Source of the DNA: Candidatus Saccharimonadota bacterium
Lineage (GTDB): Bacteria > Patescibacteriota > Gracilibacteria > UBA4473
DNA: 32,000 nucleotides
Direction: 5' to 3'
Assembly: GCA_030429505.1 (NCBI GenBank)
Contig: JAUIFI010000001.1
Location: 480,001-512,000, forward strand
Made by a program: the position numbers and the translations under genes. Shown one piece after another: positions 23,704 through 32,000 of this stretch. The notes below the pieces were generated by a model. The model had not been told where the DNA came from. It worked only from the letters and a program-made list of their open reading frames with translations, and made no database searches. Within the stretch, counting starts at the first letter, position 1. Each line of letters opens with the position of its first letter.

Positions 23704-26355
23704 ATGATATCACATCTAATTCTTTCTCTCGCCAGCACATTCTTCACACTTGCTGATGGGAATTATTATATTACCAAAAATCTTACCCTCACTCCTGGTA
23801 TTCACAATATACAAACAGAAGCTCCATGGAACGCTGTAACTCTCCTAAATAAAGGAGAAAACTCCCTTCCCGATCTCCAATACAAGCTTACAATCAACGA
23901 ACCATTCAAAAACTGGGAAAAAGTATCCCCGCACGAGACACAAAAAGAAGAATCTTTCCACACAGAAGAAGATCATTCCGACAGTACAAAACTTTTGACA
24001 CTCGACAATCTTCACCAAAATCTCTTCGTAAAAGTCGACACTCCCATTAACCTCACCGCTCACTTTTACAACACACAATCTCCTCTAGAAAATTTATTCG
24101 CACAAGCAGGACTACAAGACATTAATTTCGACTTCAACCGATTTCGTTTTAGCCAAGAATTACTCGAAGGTGTAGAAGTTGAAAACTTCTACAACGGTGT
24201 CCATCTCGGTAGCTTTGCCCTTGAAGATCTCAAACCTCAATACATCACTCGAGCTGGTTGGGATGCCAAAGAAGAACTTCGAGTGTGGAACGCCAATCGC
24301 GGTATTAGCCGATTATTTCGTCTCTTTCCACCAGAAGTCAAATGGCTTCCAAAATCCCTCTGGCCCACTGTCGAGACCAGAACCAATGAAAAAGGAGAAA
24401 AGCTCACCTGGCCTATTGAAAAAAGCAAAGAAATCAAAAAAATCGTCATCCACCATACAGCCGAATATATAGACGATGATAAAAAAACGCGCCGCTCACC
24501 TAAAGAACTCATGCGCGGCATCGCCTACTACCACACCATCAGTAAGGGATGGGGTGATATCGGCTACAATTATGTCATTGGCAAAGAAGGAGATATCTAT
24601 GAAGGTCGAGCCGGAGGAATCGGTACAGTCGGTGCACACGTCGCCTATCACAATGTCGGAACAATTGGTATTTCCCTTATGGGCAACTTTGAACTTCAGG
24701 AACCCTCTGACGCCCAAATGAAAGTATTAGCTGTTTTTCTAGCTTATCTAAGCGACAAATACAATATCGATCCAATTGGACACAGCGAACATCTAAACAT
24801 CAGATCCTATAATATCGATGTTCACAAAAACGTCACCCAACCTGGACACGGAACCGCCTGTGCTGGAACAAACCTAGTCAAACGCATGCCACAACTCCGA
24901 GAAGACATAAATAATATCTTAGAAATGCTCCATAAACATAGAGATGAACTTATCCCTTCTGGTCTCGATTTTTTGAAAAAAAGCAACATTGCTCCTGATA
25001 CTCAACCCTACATTCGTTTTGAACGACCAGAAAAAGAACCTATCATCTCACTCGGAAAAATTCTTAAAACCAAATTAATTCAACGAGATCAAAATCTTTC
25101 CATCGACATCACTCTACAAAACAATTCTAAAAAAACCTGGCCCAAAGGCTCTAAAACCGTCATAAAATTCCCTCCTCAAGGTCTAACCGCCACCTATTTT
25201 GAAGCCATAGAAGATATCCGTTCCGGCGAAAACGGTATATTTCGAGGAAAGATCTATGCTCACACCATTCCCAATGGACATTATGAACTTGAACTTGATC
25301 CGATATTTCTCAAAGACTCATTTTTTAAAGGCATATCCCGTCCTACCTTTACCGTACCCATACAAGTTTCAGGTAACGGCAATATCAAAGAGTTTACCGA
25401 CAGACTCAAACGCAACCACTACCAAAGAAAATTCAAACAAGAAAGCTATCTGAGCTCTATCAAACCATTATCAGCCTCTACCTTCAGAAACGCCAGACAA
25501 AAAACACTTCCGACACAAAAAAATATCAAAGTAAAACTTGCCTTTTTCGACGCCAGCTATGCCAAAATCAAATCTCCTTCCATCATAAAAATACTTGAAG
25601 GAGAAGAACTTATTGCTGAAATTCCAGCCAATGAAATCATAAAAGTCACACAAATCAACAACAAATCACTCCAAATAGAAGGGCTAGAAAAAAAATGGAC
25701 AGCAGGAAAAATAAGCTTTCAATCACAAAGCCCTCTTGAAATTACCAACTACGACAGAAACCTTAGTCCCAAAATTAAATACAATAGGTTTCGTCATCAA
25801 ATAAATATTCATCCTCAACCAGAAAAAAAACTACTTGTCGTTAACGAAATACCAATAGAAGATTACCTCTACGGACTGGCTGAAGAACCCGGTGAAGAAT
25901 TTAGATTTCCCGCAAAAGTCGACGCCATTAACATCCTCGCTCGTAGCTATGCCTATGTATACTCGGGAGAACGAAGAAAATTTCGCACCCATCTCTACGA
26001 TCTAGAAGATGATCCCAGAAGTTCTCAATTTTATCTGGGCTACGACTGGGAAGTATACCACCCAGAACAAATAAAACGTACAGATCTCACTAGAGGAATA
26101 GTTCTCACCCACCAAAACAACCCCGTCATCGGTCCTTATTTCACCCAAAGCAGCGGAGAAAGTTCATGTAAATGGTTTTCGCAATACCCCTGGGCTCGTT
26201 GTCGAGAATTGCCATTCGATAAAGGCTTAGAAGCACGAGGACACGGCGTCGGTCTCTCTGGACACTCAGCCCGAGCGCTCGCTCAAGAAGGAAAAAGCTA
26301 TAAAGAAATCATCGATTACTTTTTCCGAGAAGTACAGCTCAAAAAGGTGTATTAA
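23704..26355 (+). CDS. exported N-acetylmuramoyl-L-alanine amidase (amidase_2/PGRP fold) fused to a C-terminal SpoIID/LytB-like domain
   Basis: 883 aa with signal peptide MISHLILSLASTFFTLADG. The amidase_2 block (about residues 245-390) reads KIVIHHTAEY...GIAYYHTISKGWGDIGYNYVIGKEGDIYEGR...VGAHVAYHNVGTIGISLMGNF...HGTACAG. The SpoIID-like block (about residues 715-883) reads IEDYLYGLAEEP...INILARSYAY...LEDDPRSSQFYLGY...GPYFTQSSGES. About 300 aa between the two blocks are unassigned. Confidence 0.8.
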   Translation: MISHLILSLASTFFTLADGNYYITKNLTLTPGIHNIQTEAPWNAVTLLNKGENSLPDLQYKLTINEPFKNWEKVSPHETQKEESFHTEEDHSDSTKLLTLDNLHQNLFVKVDTPINLTAHFYNTQSPLENLFAQAGLQDINFDFNRFRFSQELLEGVEVENFYNGVHLGSFALEDLKPQYITRAGWDAKEELRVWNANRGISRLFRLFPPEVKWLPKSLWPTVETRTNEKGEKLTWPIEKSKEIKKIVIHHTAEYIDDDKKTRRSPKELMRGIAYYHTISKGWGDIGYNYVIGKEGDIYEGRAGGIGTVGAHVAYHNVGTIGISLMGNFELQEPSDAQMKVLAVFLAYLSDKYNIDPIGHSEHLNIRSYNIDVHKNVTQPGHGTACAGTNLVKRMPQLREDINNILEMLHKHRDELIPSGLDFLKKSNIAPDTQPYIRFERPEKEPIISLGKILKTKLIQRDQNLSIDITLQNNSKKTWPKGSKTVIKFPPQGLTATYFEAIEDIRSGENGIFRGKIYAHTIPNGHYELELDPIFLKDSFFKGISRPTFTVPIQVSGNGNIKEFTDRLKRNHYQRKFKQESYLSSIKPLSASTFRNARQKTLPTQKNIKVKLAFFDASYAKIKSPSIIKILEGEELIAEIPANEIIKVTQINNKSLQIEGLEKKWTAGKISFQSQSPLEITNYDRNLSPKIKYNRFRHQINIHPQPEKKLLVVNEIPIEDYLYGLAEEPGEEFRFPAKVDAINILARSYAYVYSGERRKFRTHLYDLEDDPRSSQFYLGYDWEVYHPEQIKRTDLTRGIVLTHQNNPVIGPYFTQSSGESSCKWFSQYPWARCRELPFDKGLEARGHGVGLSGHSARALAQEGKSYKEIIDYFFREVQLKKVY

Positions 26356-26356
26356 A

Positions 26357-26394
26357 AAACTTGTCTTTTAGCTTTAAAGCCAAAAGACAAGTTT
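26357..26394. terminator. long hairpin after the amidase gene (possible bidirectional terminator); right arm is copy 2 of the 19-nt repeat
   Basis: AAACTTGTCTTTTAGC-TTTAAA-GCCAAAAGACAAGTTT forms a 16-bp stem with one mismatch. An A-run precedes it, which gives a T-run on the minus strand. Only TTT follows it on the + strand. Confidence 0.5.
26373..26391 (+). repeat. 19-nt exact repeat, copy 2 (TTTAAAGCCAAAAGACAAG)
   Basis: Identical to 21637-21655. Here it forms the loop and right arm of the terminator hairpin. Confidence 0.85.
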
Positions 26395-26536
26395 ATCGTA
26401 ACTTAAACGGACATTCCAACTTACCTCAATACAAAGAGATTGAAATCAATAAGCAACTCATATCTACCTACTTCAGGTATACCCTTGACAAAGCCCCCCA
26501 TTCCACCTACTCTTTCACTCGTATATTTAAAAAAAC

Positions 26537-26680
26537 ATGACCAACCGATCAAGCGCAAAACAACACGGCGGACACGCTATAAATGAACGAAGAGTGAAAA
26601 GCACACTTCGCAAACGACGCAATAAAATGAAAGCCGCTCTTAGACGAGAAAAACTCAGAAAAGCTGGACTAAATTGCTAA
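26537..26680 (+). CDS. possible small highly basic protein (47 aa)
   Basis: MTNRSSAKQHGGHAINERRVKSTLRKRRNKMKAALRREKLRKAGLNC. The start context (aaaaaaacATG) resembles other genes here. TTGACA (26484-26489)-17 nt-TACTCT lies upstream, with the usual 24-nt gap from -10 box to ATG. The ORF is below the track's size cutoff and I recognise no homology. Confidence 0.4.
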   Translation: MTNRSSAKQHGGHAINERRVKSTLRKRRNKMKAALRREKLRKAGLNC

Positions 26681-26701
26681 GCAGTTGAAATACATGAAAA
26701 A

Positions 26702-26738
26702 TTTGTAATATATTTATGAAAAATAAGTATATTACAAA
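26702..26738. terminator. AT-rich hairpin between the small ORF and dnaJ (possible bidirectional terminator)
   Basis: TTTGTAATATATTTAT-GAAAA-ATAAGTATATTACAAA forms a 16-bp stem with one G-U pair. It is very AT-rich, so stability is modest. Confidence 0.35.
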
Positions 26739-26792
26739 CAATAAAACATCATCTCCATAAAAACAAGCATTCAGCTTTTAGCAAAACATTTC

Positions 26793-27845
26793 TTACTGTT
26801 TTTTCGCTTCTTCTAACAATTCTCTTAATTTCTTCGAGACCTTCTTTGGCATGCGGTATACAATCTTAACCATATGATCGCCTACCTGATTACCACGCTT
26901 CACCCCCTTGCCTCGAATTCTCAAAAATTGACGATCACAAGTATTTTCCGGAACCTTTAAATCTACCTTTCCCCAAAACGTCTCTACTTCAAAAGCACCT
27001 CCCACAATCGCATCAAACACCGAAATTTCCAATTGAGAAATCAAGTCTACACCTCTTCGTTCAAACTTGGCAGAAGGACGTACAGACACATGAACAAACA
27101 AATCTCCACGAGATCCTCCGCGCCTTCCGACCTCTCCTTTTCCGGCAAGCTGCAGAGTCTCTCCATGAACAATACCAGCAGGAATATCCACCTCAATCTT
27201 TTCTTTCTTCTCCACTCTCCCTTCACTACCACACTTTGCACAAGGCGTCTCAAATTCCTTACCTATTCCATGACACGTTGGACATACCGTCTGCTGAGCA
27301 ACAGCACCAAAAGGCGTCTGAAATCGCTGACTCACACTCCCCTTTCCCGCACAAGTTCCACAATTCTTCTCTCCTTTTCCACCTTTCCCCTCGCAAGCTT
27401 CGCATTCCACGTACAGTTTAGTAGAAAAAGTTTTCTGCACTCCCCTCATGGATTCATCAAAATCTAATTCTACCTCCACTTCCAAATCAGAACCACGCTG
27501 CTTGCTTTGTGAACGACCACGAGCCTGACCCGCCATACCTCCACCAAAAAAACTCGAAAAAATATCCTCAAATCCACCAAAATCAGCCTGAGAAAAACCG
27601 GAAAATCCTCCCCCAAAACCATTGGCTCCGGAAAACTGTGGCCCCGCCGATCCAAACTGATCGTATTGTGACCGTTTTTGATCATCCGACAACACTTCAT
27701 ATGCTTCCTGAATCTTCTTAAACTCCTTCTCATCCCCTCCTCTATCCGGATGATGCTTCTTGGCTTGATCTCGATAAGCCTTTTTAATCTCATCCTTTGA
27801 AGCGCCCTTCGAAAGCCCTAAAACCTCGTAATAATCCTTACTCAT
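26793..27845 (-). CDS. dnaJ: molecular chaperone DnaJ
   Basis: 350 aa. The J domain carries HPD (YYEVLGL...[11 protein letters not shown]). A G/F-rich linker follows. Four CxxCxGxG zinc-finger repeats are present ([32 protein letters not shown]). Confidence 0.95.
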   Translation of the reverse strand: MSKDYYEVLGLSKGASKDEIKKAYRDQAKKHHPDRGGDEKEFKKIQEAYEVLSDDQKRSQYDQFGSAGPQFSGANGFGGGFSGFSQADFGGFEDIFSSFFGGGMAGQARGRSQSKQRGSDLEVEVELDFDESMRGVQKTFSTKLYVECEACEGKGGKGEKNCGTCAGKGSVSQRFQTPFGAVAQQTVCPTCHGIGKEFETPCAKCGSEGRVEKKEKIEVDIPAGIVHGETLQLAGKGEVGRRGGSRGDLFVHVSVRPSAKFERRGVDLISQLEISVFDAIVGGAFEVETFWGKVDLKVPENTCDRQFLRIRGKGVKRGNQVGDHMVKIVYRMPKKVSKKLRELLEEAKKQ

Positions 27846-27865
27846 TGATAAAAATCATATAAATA

Positions 27866-27892
27866 TTAGCAAAAAAGTCAATTGAGTGCTAA
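27866..27892. promoter_or_regulatory. CIRCE-like inverted repeat (HrcA operator) upstream of dnaJ
   Basis: TTAGCAAAA-AAGTCAATT-GAGTGCTAA compared with the consensus TTAGCACTC-N9-GAGTGCTAA. One arm matches 9/9, the other 6/9, and the spacer is exactly 9 nt. It lies 21-47 nt upstream of the dnaJ ATG. Confidence 0.6.
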
Positions 27893-27909
27893 AAAAACAA
27901 AGAAAAACA

Positions 27910-27938
27910 TTGACAAAATAATGATTTTATTTTATACA
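27910..27938 (+). promoter_or_regulatory. candidate promoter of the 773-aa orphan gene
   Basis: TTGACA-17 nt-TATACA. The -10 box ends 26 nt before the ATG at 27965. An 11-nt direct repeat AATGATTTTAT (27920-27930 and 27942-27952) brackets the -10 box. Confidence 0.5.
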
Positions 27939-27964
27939 GGAAATGATTTTATAAAAAAGAATTT

Positions 27965-30286
27965 ATGGTCAACGAAAACCTATCATCTACAAATCCCGAA
28001 AGCACATTTCAATTACATAAGTCACCTAAAAAGGAAGGAATACTCGAACGAATGAGAAAATACACAAACACAGTAAGATTATCAGTGTTACTAAGTATCG
28101 TATCTGCACCAGCTGTTACCAATATCCCAGAAGCCTTTGCTCAAGAAGGAGGAAAACCAGTTCCAGGAATCGCAAGTCCTGAATATCAAGCAAACCTCCT
28201 TATGAAGTATGCAAGTAAAGAACAAAAAGATAATTGGGAAATCATAGAAGCAGGTTTGGCATATCTATTGAGACATGGAGTCAATATAGGTCAAAGAATT
28301 GACGGCAATGAAAGAAACTTCCACACAATTACCTTTGAAAAAGCCTCTAGCAAGGATTGGCTCGACGCTATCGTCAGACTCAATAACCTTGATAAAGTTA
28401 CTAAAGAGGGTGATATTTTTTATCTTCCTACCTGGATCTCTGGAAATCCAGATTTTATGAATACCATCGAAGCACATGCTACAAACGATCTTGTTATTAC
28501 CTACCAAAAAAATCCTATTAAAGGACATTTCTTTACCACTATCACACGAGAAGAATTAGGAAGTCAGGACTTTATGAGAATTTTAGCAGAGCAACAATCT
28601 GACTTCGAAGACACTCGTTACGCATACATAGCATTGGTATACGAAAACCCAACCGACATCACGACTGAAAACCAAGATTTCGTTACAAATTTTCATGATC
28701 ATCCCGACCTAGATCTATATTACTATGATGATGGACAGCTTTATAATCTCCTAATTGATCCGCAAAGAGATGCTTTGGTACACGAAATTATACGAAGAGT
28801 AACCAAAGACGATACAGACCGACACATAACATATGAAAACAAACAAAGCGATAAAAATCCAAAAACAAGATTACAAAGTATAGAAGTACTTTCCAGCTTC
28901 GACAGATACTATACAACATCCTTTGCTGAAGACATTACTTACATGTCTACCTTTAATCTTCTTTTTGATGGATATGGAAAAAATTCTACCCACAGTATCA
29001 TGGGACGGATAAAGAAAAATTTCAATGGAAATGGATACAAATGGTTGCAATTCATAGACCCTGCTGGTCACGAACAAGCTCAGTTTCTCCGTATGTGTGC
29101 TGAACATGACAAATTGGACGACTTTCTCGCAACCATGACTGCAGAACAACAAGCAGAAATTCTAAAAAACATGGTTACAGGCTTGGCAGATATAGAAGAA
29201 AATAACACCATGGATAAAAGAGCTACTATGATTGCAGATATAATGAATTATGCACAAACATATCCAAACATACTCGCTCCCTTAGAGCAAGCACTCATTA
29301 ATGGAGAAGACGCCATAATCCAAAAGTATCAAAACGCCCGTACAAAATTTGAACAACAACAGTCAGCCAGAGCTTGGCAACTCCAAAACATTCTCGGCTC
29401 GCTCCACGCCCCCAACGCTGTCACCAATACAGAATACTTTGCAGACAAACAAAATATGTATCCTCTAGAGAAATTTCAAACACTCTCAATCTCAGAACTC
29501 TTTCCAAACGATACCTGTTACCAAGAACACTTCTTTGCCTCAGATGTCATAGACCAAAATGGAGAGCGAAATCCACAAAGTAAATGGGATGGACATCTAT
29601 CATTCGCCAGTTTTTTCAAAGAACACGGATTCAATGTCATTTATAACCGTCAAACAGGAGAAAACATCCAAGTAAAAGGACAAGGAAAAAATAGCTGGAA
29701 AAAAATCGAGGAAACAAACGATTATGTCATCATCAGTAAAACTCAAAATGGACGTACCACCATCCAATGGGCCAATAAACCTAATCCTCATTTCGATCAA
29801 ACAATCCGAAATGACAGAAGAAGACGAGATCAGTTCGGCGATCCAACTATCATAGTCAACCGAGGAAATTATTTCCACGAAGACCTCTACCGTATCATTG
29901 AAAGTGCCAAACTCTATTTCTCAGGATCTGGACGAGGAGCTAGAGATCCGGAAAAAATTCTTTCCAGAGCTCCCGAAGCACAAATCTTTGCCACCACCTA
30001 CCGAGGAGTAGAACAAATTAATAACTACGTGTTAACACAGCTAAATGAAACACTTTTTAATACAGAAGAAATAAAGTGGAAACCATGGTGGACACAAACA
30101 CAAAAAGGATTGAGAAAATTTGGAACTCTTATCCAAGAATACGCTCAGTCCTACCACCCACCACACGAAAATCTGGAACTCATAGTCCAAAGAGCCATCC
30201 GAGATCATGACAAGCAAGTGATAAAAAACACCAAGCCCGTTGATAAACAACCAATCTTTCGAAAAATGAGACAAAATCATCATTAA
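27965..30286 (+). CDS. large orphan protein (773 aa), probably Sec-exported
   Basis: Uninterrupted ORF. Residues 30-59 (MRKYTNTVRLSVLLSIVSAPAVTNIPEAFA/QE) look like a classical signal peptide, so the true start may be 28052. I recognise no domain. Confidence 0.6.
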   Translation: MVNENLSSTNPESTFQLHKSPKKEGILERMRKYTNTVRLSVLLSIVSAPAVTNIPEAFAQEGGKPVPGIASPEYQANLLMKYASKEQKDNWEIIEAGLAYLLRHGVNIGQRIDGNERNFHTITFEKASSKDWLDAIVRLNNLDKVTKEGDIFYLPTWISGNPDFMNTIEAHATNDLVITYQKNPIKGHFFTTITREELGSQDFMRILAEQQSDFEDTRYAYIALVYENPTDITTENQDFVTNFHDHPDLDLYYYDDGQLYNLLIDPQRDALVHEIIRRVTKDDTDRHITYENKQSDKNPKTRLQSIEVLSSFDRYYTTSFAEDITYMSTFNLLFDGYGKNSTHSIMGRIKKNFNGNGYKWLQFIDPAGHEQAQFLRMCAEHDKLDDFLATMTAEQQAEILKNMVTGLADIEENNTMDKRATMIADIMNYAQTYPNILAPLEQALINGEDAIIQKYQNARTKFEQQQSARAWQLQNILGSLHAPNAVTNTEYFADKQNMYPLEKFQTLSISELFPNDTCYQEHFFASDVIDQNGERNPQSKWDGHLSFASFFKEHGFNVIYNRQTGENIQVKGQGKNSWKKIEETNDYVIISKTQNGRTTIQWANKPNPHFDQTIRNDRRRRDQFGDPTIIVNRGNYFHEDLYRIIESAKLYFSGSGRGARDPEKILSRAPEAQIFATTYRGVEQINNYVLTQLNETLFNTEEIKWKPWWTQTQKGLRKFGTLIQEYAQSYHPPHENLELIVQRAIRDHDKQVIKNTKPVDKQPIFRKMRQNHH

Positions 30287-30424
30287 TCCTCTATTCAAAA
30301 ATTAAATAGCCACAAAAAAGGCAATTATTCTAGAAATTATCACTCAACACGAAAAGTATAAACACAGGAAAAAAATTCGTTGGTTGAGAATAAAGATAAA
30401 AAGAAGAAAGGAAGGCAAATAGTC

Positions 30425-30453
30425 TTGCTTTTTTCTTTTTACTGTGGTAAAAT
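30425..30453 (+). promoter_or_regulatory. candidate promoter of the terminal orphan gene
   Basis: TTGCTT-17 nt-TAAAAT with an extended -10 (TGG TAAAAT). The -10 box ends 25 nt before the ATG at 30479. Confidence 0.45.
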
Positions 30454-30478
30454 AGAGAGATTTTTTCAGCAAACATCT

Positions 30479-32000
30479 ATGAAAAAACTCTTCAATGCCG
30501 CTTTCCGAAACCAAGACAACACTTCAGGACGATTCATTTTTCAACGCCATATAAGCAAAATGGAAAAACTGTCTGAAGGCTACATCGATGATAAACTCGA
30601 TGATCTCGCCAAAAGACAAAAAAAACAGCTTGAAAAATGGGGAATTGATATAGACACCAAAGTCTATGCAAATCCAAGTGTCAAAAACGGTCCTGAATAT
30701 CAAAGACAACCTGATCAAAGTCATGATGAATCATTGGTATTTGCAGATGAAATGAACAAAGAAGAACTTAAAAAACGCCTTAAAGACGCTCCGGAAACCT
30801 TCCCTTTTAACTCAGAAAACGTTCTCGATATCTACAACTTACTGGACCAAAACAGTAAGCACTATATCAATATGAATAGAAGTGGCCTAGAAAGACTAAA
30901 CTTTGGAGATGACGATCTAAAAGAATTTATTAAATATGAACTAAGAAATTTCCGAGGACAAATCGAAGAACTTGTAGGCATAGGAAATCTAAACATCGGA
31001 AATACACAAGAAGTAATGAGACTCATAAACTTAGGAGCGAAAACTCCCCTCACGCTCCAAGAAACAGAGTCCTTTATTAACCTGATGAATACGGGAACAG
31101 CCAGTGGAACAAGCCTACAACTTGTAGACCTTCAAACACGAGGCGGTACAGACAATGTAATTGGATCAACACCTGTAAGCTCAAGAGCTGAGCAAGGAGA
31201 AGCGCACAAGGGAGCCACTTTCGATGTCCAAGTTCTTCAAACGGTCGTAAAAAAAATACAGCGTACATCTTATAATACTCCTACATCACAAGAAGATGGG
31301 AAATACGGACGAATGACTTTTTTACGAAACCGACCTTTAGGACTAGAACATACAAAAAACTTCAATATTGATGCCGGAGTGAGAGTCATTTACGTCGAAA
31401 CCGATACGAACGGAAATCCTGTTTCATTTGCCTCTCAAAGTGACTTTATGGTCGCTCCCATTCCACAAAATGAAAGACCTAAAGACTATCAAGATGCTCA
31501 AATCTACCTCAAACAAGGCGGAATAGCACAAGGGCAACCATTTTCTCCTGGAAAACCCCTTCTACAAAGCCAATTTAATCATTATTTTAAAAATGTAAGT
31601 GGCCCCTACACCATTGAAGGTACTCATACCAAAAAAGCACCAAATAATGCTTATACATATACATATAAATGGACTGGAGAAGTTATTTTCCAAATAGAAA
31701 CAAACGAAAATCTAAAACAACACACAGAAATTGTAAATACAGAGTATGGACAAATAATCAACCCAACCGTCATTCCTTGGAATAGTGGTGGACTCGATAC
31801 TCCAAACAAACCTATCACCAGATTAAGTGATAACAGAACCATCCCTAGCCCATCTGGACTTGACTTAAACGATCCTTCCACATCATTTGGAAAAGCAGAA
31901 TTTAACAATGGAGAAAGAGTAAGCTTTGAATGGAAAAATGAAGTCGAACAAGGAAATCAAACACGTCATGTCCCAAATCGACTCCACATCGAATTTCTAA
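30479..32000 (+). CDS. large orphan protein, 5' part (at least 507 aa, continues past the window end)
   Basis: This ORF is not in the supplied track because it has no stop codon in the window. I translated it by hand from the ATG at 30479 (MKKLFNAAFRNQDNTSGRF...TYTYKWTGEVIFQIETNEN...RLHIEF) and found no stop through 31999. It has no signal peptide or TM, and I recognise no family. Confidence 0.55.
   Translation, partial: MKKLFNAAFRNQDNTSGRFIFQRHISKMEKLSEGYIDDKLDDLAKRQKKQLEKWGIDIDTKVYANPSVKNGPEYQRQPDQSHDESLVFADEMNKEELKKRLKDAPETFPFNSENVLDIYNLLDQNSKHYINMNRSGLERLNFGDDDLKEFIKYELRNFRGQIEELVGIGNLNIGNTQEVMRLINLGAKTPLTLQETESFINLMNTGTASGTSLQLVDLQTRGGTDNVIGSTPVSSRAEQGEAHKGATFDVQVLQTVVKKIQRTSYNTPTSQEDGKYGRMTFLRNRPLGLEHTKNFNIDAGVRVIYVETDTNGNPVSFASQSDFMVAPIPQNERPKDYQDAQIYLKQGGIAQGQPFSPGKPLLQSQFNHYFKNVSGPYTIEGTHTKKAPNNAYTYTYKWTGEVIFQIETNENLKQHTEIVNTEYGQIINPTVIPWNSGGLDTPNKPITRLSDNRTIPSPSGLDLNDPSTSFGKAEFNNGERVSFEWKNEVEQGNQTRHVPNRLHIEFL

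Noticed and set aside
1-32000. Alternative genetic code (UGA recoding), CRISPR arrays, transposases or integrases, prophage genes, rRNA
   Set aside because: Conserved genes are full-length under code 11, and rsmH ends at TGA at its conserved C-terminus. I saw no regularly spaced repeats and no recognisable recombinase, phage or rRNA sequence on either strand.

Overview
AT-rich, gene-dense bacterial chromosome segment read with the standard code: TGA closes rsmH at a homology-supported C-terminus. Recognisable housekeeping genes are a secG-like 3' end, a family-5 solute-binding protein, ruvX/yqgF, an ECF-type sigma factor, serS, rsmH plus an ftsL-like gene, a lipoprotein thermonuclease, a CYTH protein, a fused ADP-forming acetyl-CoA synthetase, mscL, tRNA-Arg(UCG), infB, a WbaP-like phosphoglycosyl transferase and dnaJ behind a CIRCE-like operator. 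A second theme is exported cell-wall enzymes. These are an M23 peptidase with three SLH repeats, an SLH-bearing S41 protease, and an 883-aa amidase_2 plus SpoIID/LytB fusion. Five ORFs that I cannot assign to any family occupy about 7.4 kb: 12349-14286, 19924-20661, 20710-21627, 27965-30286 and 30479 to beyond 32000. Most of them follow near-consensus sigma70-type promoters. These are the best candidates for something undescribed, but I have no functional evidence for them. No gene has a Shine-Dalgarno motif, and the distance from predicted -10 box to ATG is fairly uniform (21-30 nt). Together with the gene content, this suggests a small-genome uncultivated lineage (CPR/Patescibacteria-like), which is inference only. 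Sequence-level oddities are listed as findings. They include a G9 tract early in the M23 gene, a sharp codon-usage switch across a 128-nt convergent gene overlap, a 19-nt exact repeat at two gene 3' ends, and degenerate direct repeats flanking the tRNA. I found no CRISPR array, transposase, integrase or rRNA.
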